Origin: a virus
Lineage: Duplodnaviria > Caudoviricetes
Reading direction: 5' to 3' (one strand)
Virus record (IMG/VR): IMGVR_UViG_3300022173_000106
Span: 1-45,122 of that record
Length of the DNA: 45,122 nt
This document shows, piece by piece, positions 44,738-45,122 of this stretch. Under the pieces are notes generated by a model. The model searched no databases and was not told the origin of the DNA. It saw nothing but the letters and a program-made list of their open reading frames with translations. Each line of letters opens with the position of its first letter. Positions within the stretch are counted from its first letter, which is position 1. A program made the translations under genes and the position numbers.

Positions 44738-44770
44738 AGCATAGCAGCTAGGTCTTAACAAAGCGTTAAC
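44738..44770 (-). promoter_or_regulatory. CtrA-box promoter
   Basis: TTAA-caaagcg-TTAAC at 44755-44770 in the -35 position; minus-strand GCTATGCT -10 (TATGCT at 44738-44743). Confidence 0.6.
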
Positions 44771-44782
44771 AGGGGTAATTTA

Positions 44783-45028
44783 ATTGCGCAATAATCTTGC
44801 GTGATATGTGGTGCACGGCTTATGCCAGTGCCCACATGATACACCCTCATTCTATTGCGCAAGATTGTTGCGTGATAGCCCATGCCCTGCCCATGTGCTC
44901 ACCCCATGCCCACCTCATGCCCACCTATTATTGGGCCAAACGCGAAACACACGCAATAAACATGCATTGCGCAAGATTATTACGCAATGGCATACGCCTC
45001 GCCCACAATCGCGTAATATAGTTGCGCG
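44783..45028. repeat. Array of four imperfect palindromes ATYRCGYAA-N5-TTRCGYRAT
   Basis: Copies start at 44783, 44854, 44966 and 45008. Confidence 0.75.
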
Positions 45029-45068
45029 GAATGGGCAGGAAAACACTATTGATGGGGGGTGGGGGGTG

Positions 45069-45122
45069 GGGGCACCCCTAGATTTATGCGCGTGTGTACT
45101 ATTTGGCCCAAAGGAGTATTTC
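45069..45122. repeat. Terminal direct repeat, right copy
   Basis: Identical to 2-55. Confidence 0.95.

Noticed and set aside
44783-45028. Mini CRISPR array
   Set aside because: Repeats are degenerate palindromes with irregular start-to-start spacing (71, 112, 42 nt); better read as binding sites
1-45122. Stop-codon reassignment, tRNA genes, integrase/attP
   Set aside because: Genes are full length in the standard code and use all three stops; no cloverleaf or recombinase motifs recognised by eye

Overview
An apparently complete ~45 kb circular or circularly permuted podovirus-type dsDNA phage genome (bases 2-55 recur at 45069-45122). The + strand from 177 to 24518 holds the packaging, head, tail, ejection and lysis genes in a BPP-1/T7-like order: TerS, P22-like TerL, head-tail connector, scaffold, capsid, tail tubular A and B, a transglycosylase-bearing internal virion protein, tail fibres, a SAR-type lysozyme and spanins. 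The - strand from 24592 to 44690 holds a nucleotide-metabolism cluster, a RuvC-like resolvase, an APSE-type replication module (PolA, DUF2815 SSB, DUF2800 nuclease, SNF2 helicase) and many small early genes; only the primase-helicase faces the other way. I saw no integrase, repressor, RNA polymerase, tRNA, CRISPR array or reverse transcriptase. A consensus CtrA box at the first early promoter and apparent avoidance of GANTC point to an alphaproteobacterial host. The most unusual items are a 107-aa early protein carrying collapsed copies of two PolA catalytic motifs, a SAM-lyase-like early gene, a five-copy palindrome array across the genome junction, a repeat-built structured leader before the capsid gene, and tail tube proteins with large adhesin-like insertions. 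All family calls come from recognising motifs by eye; no database searches were run.
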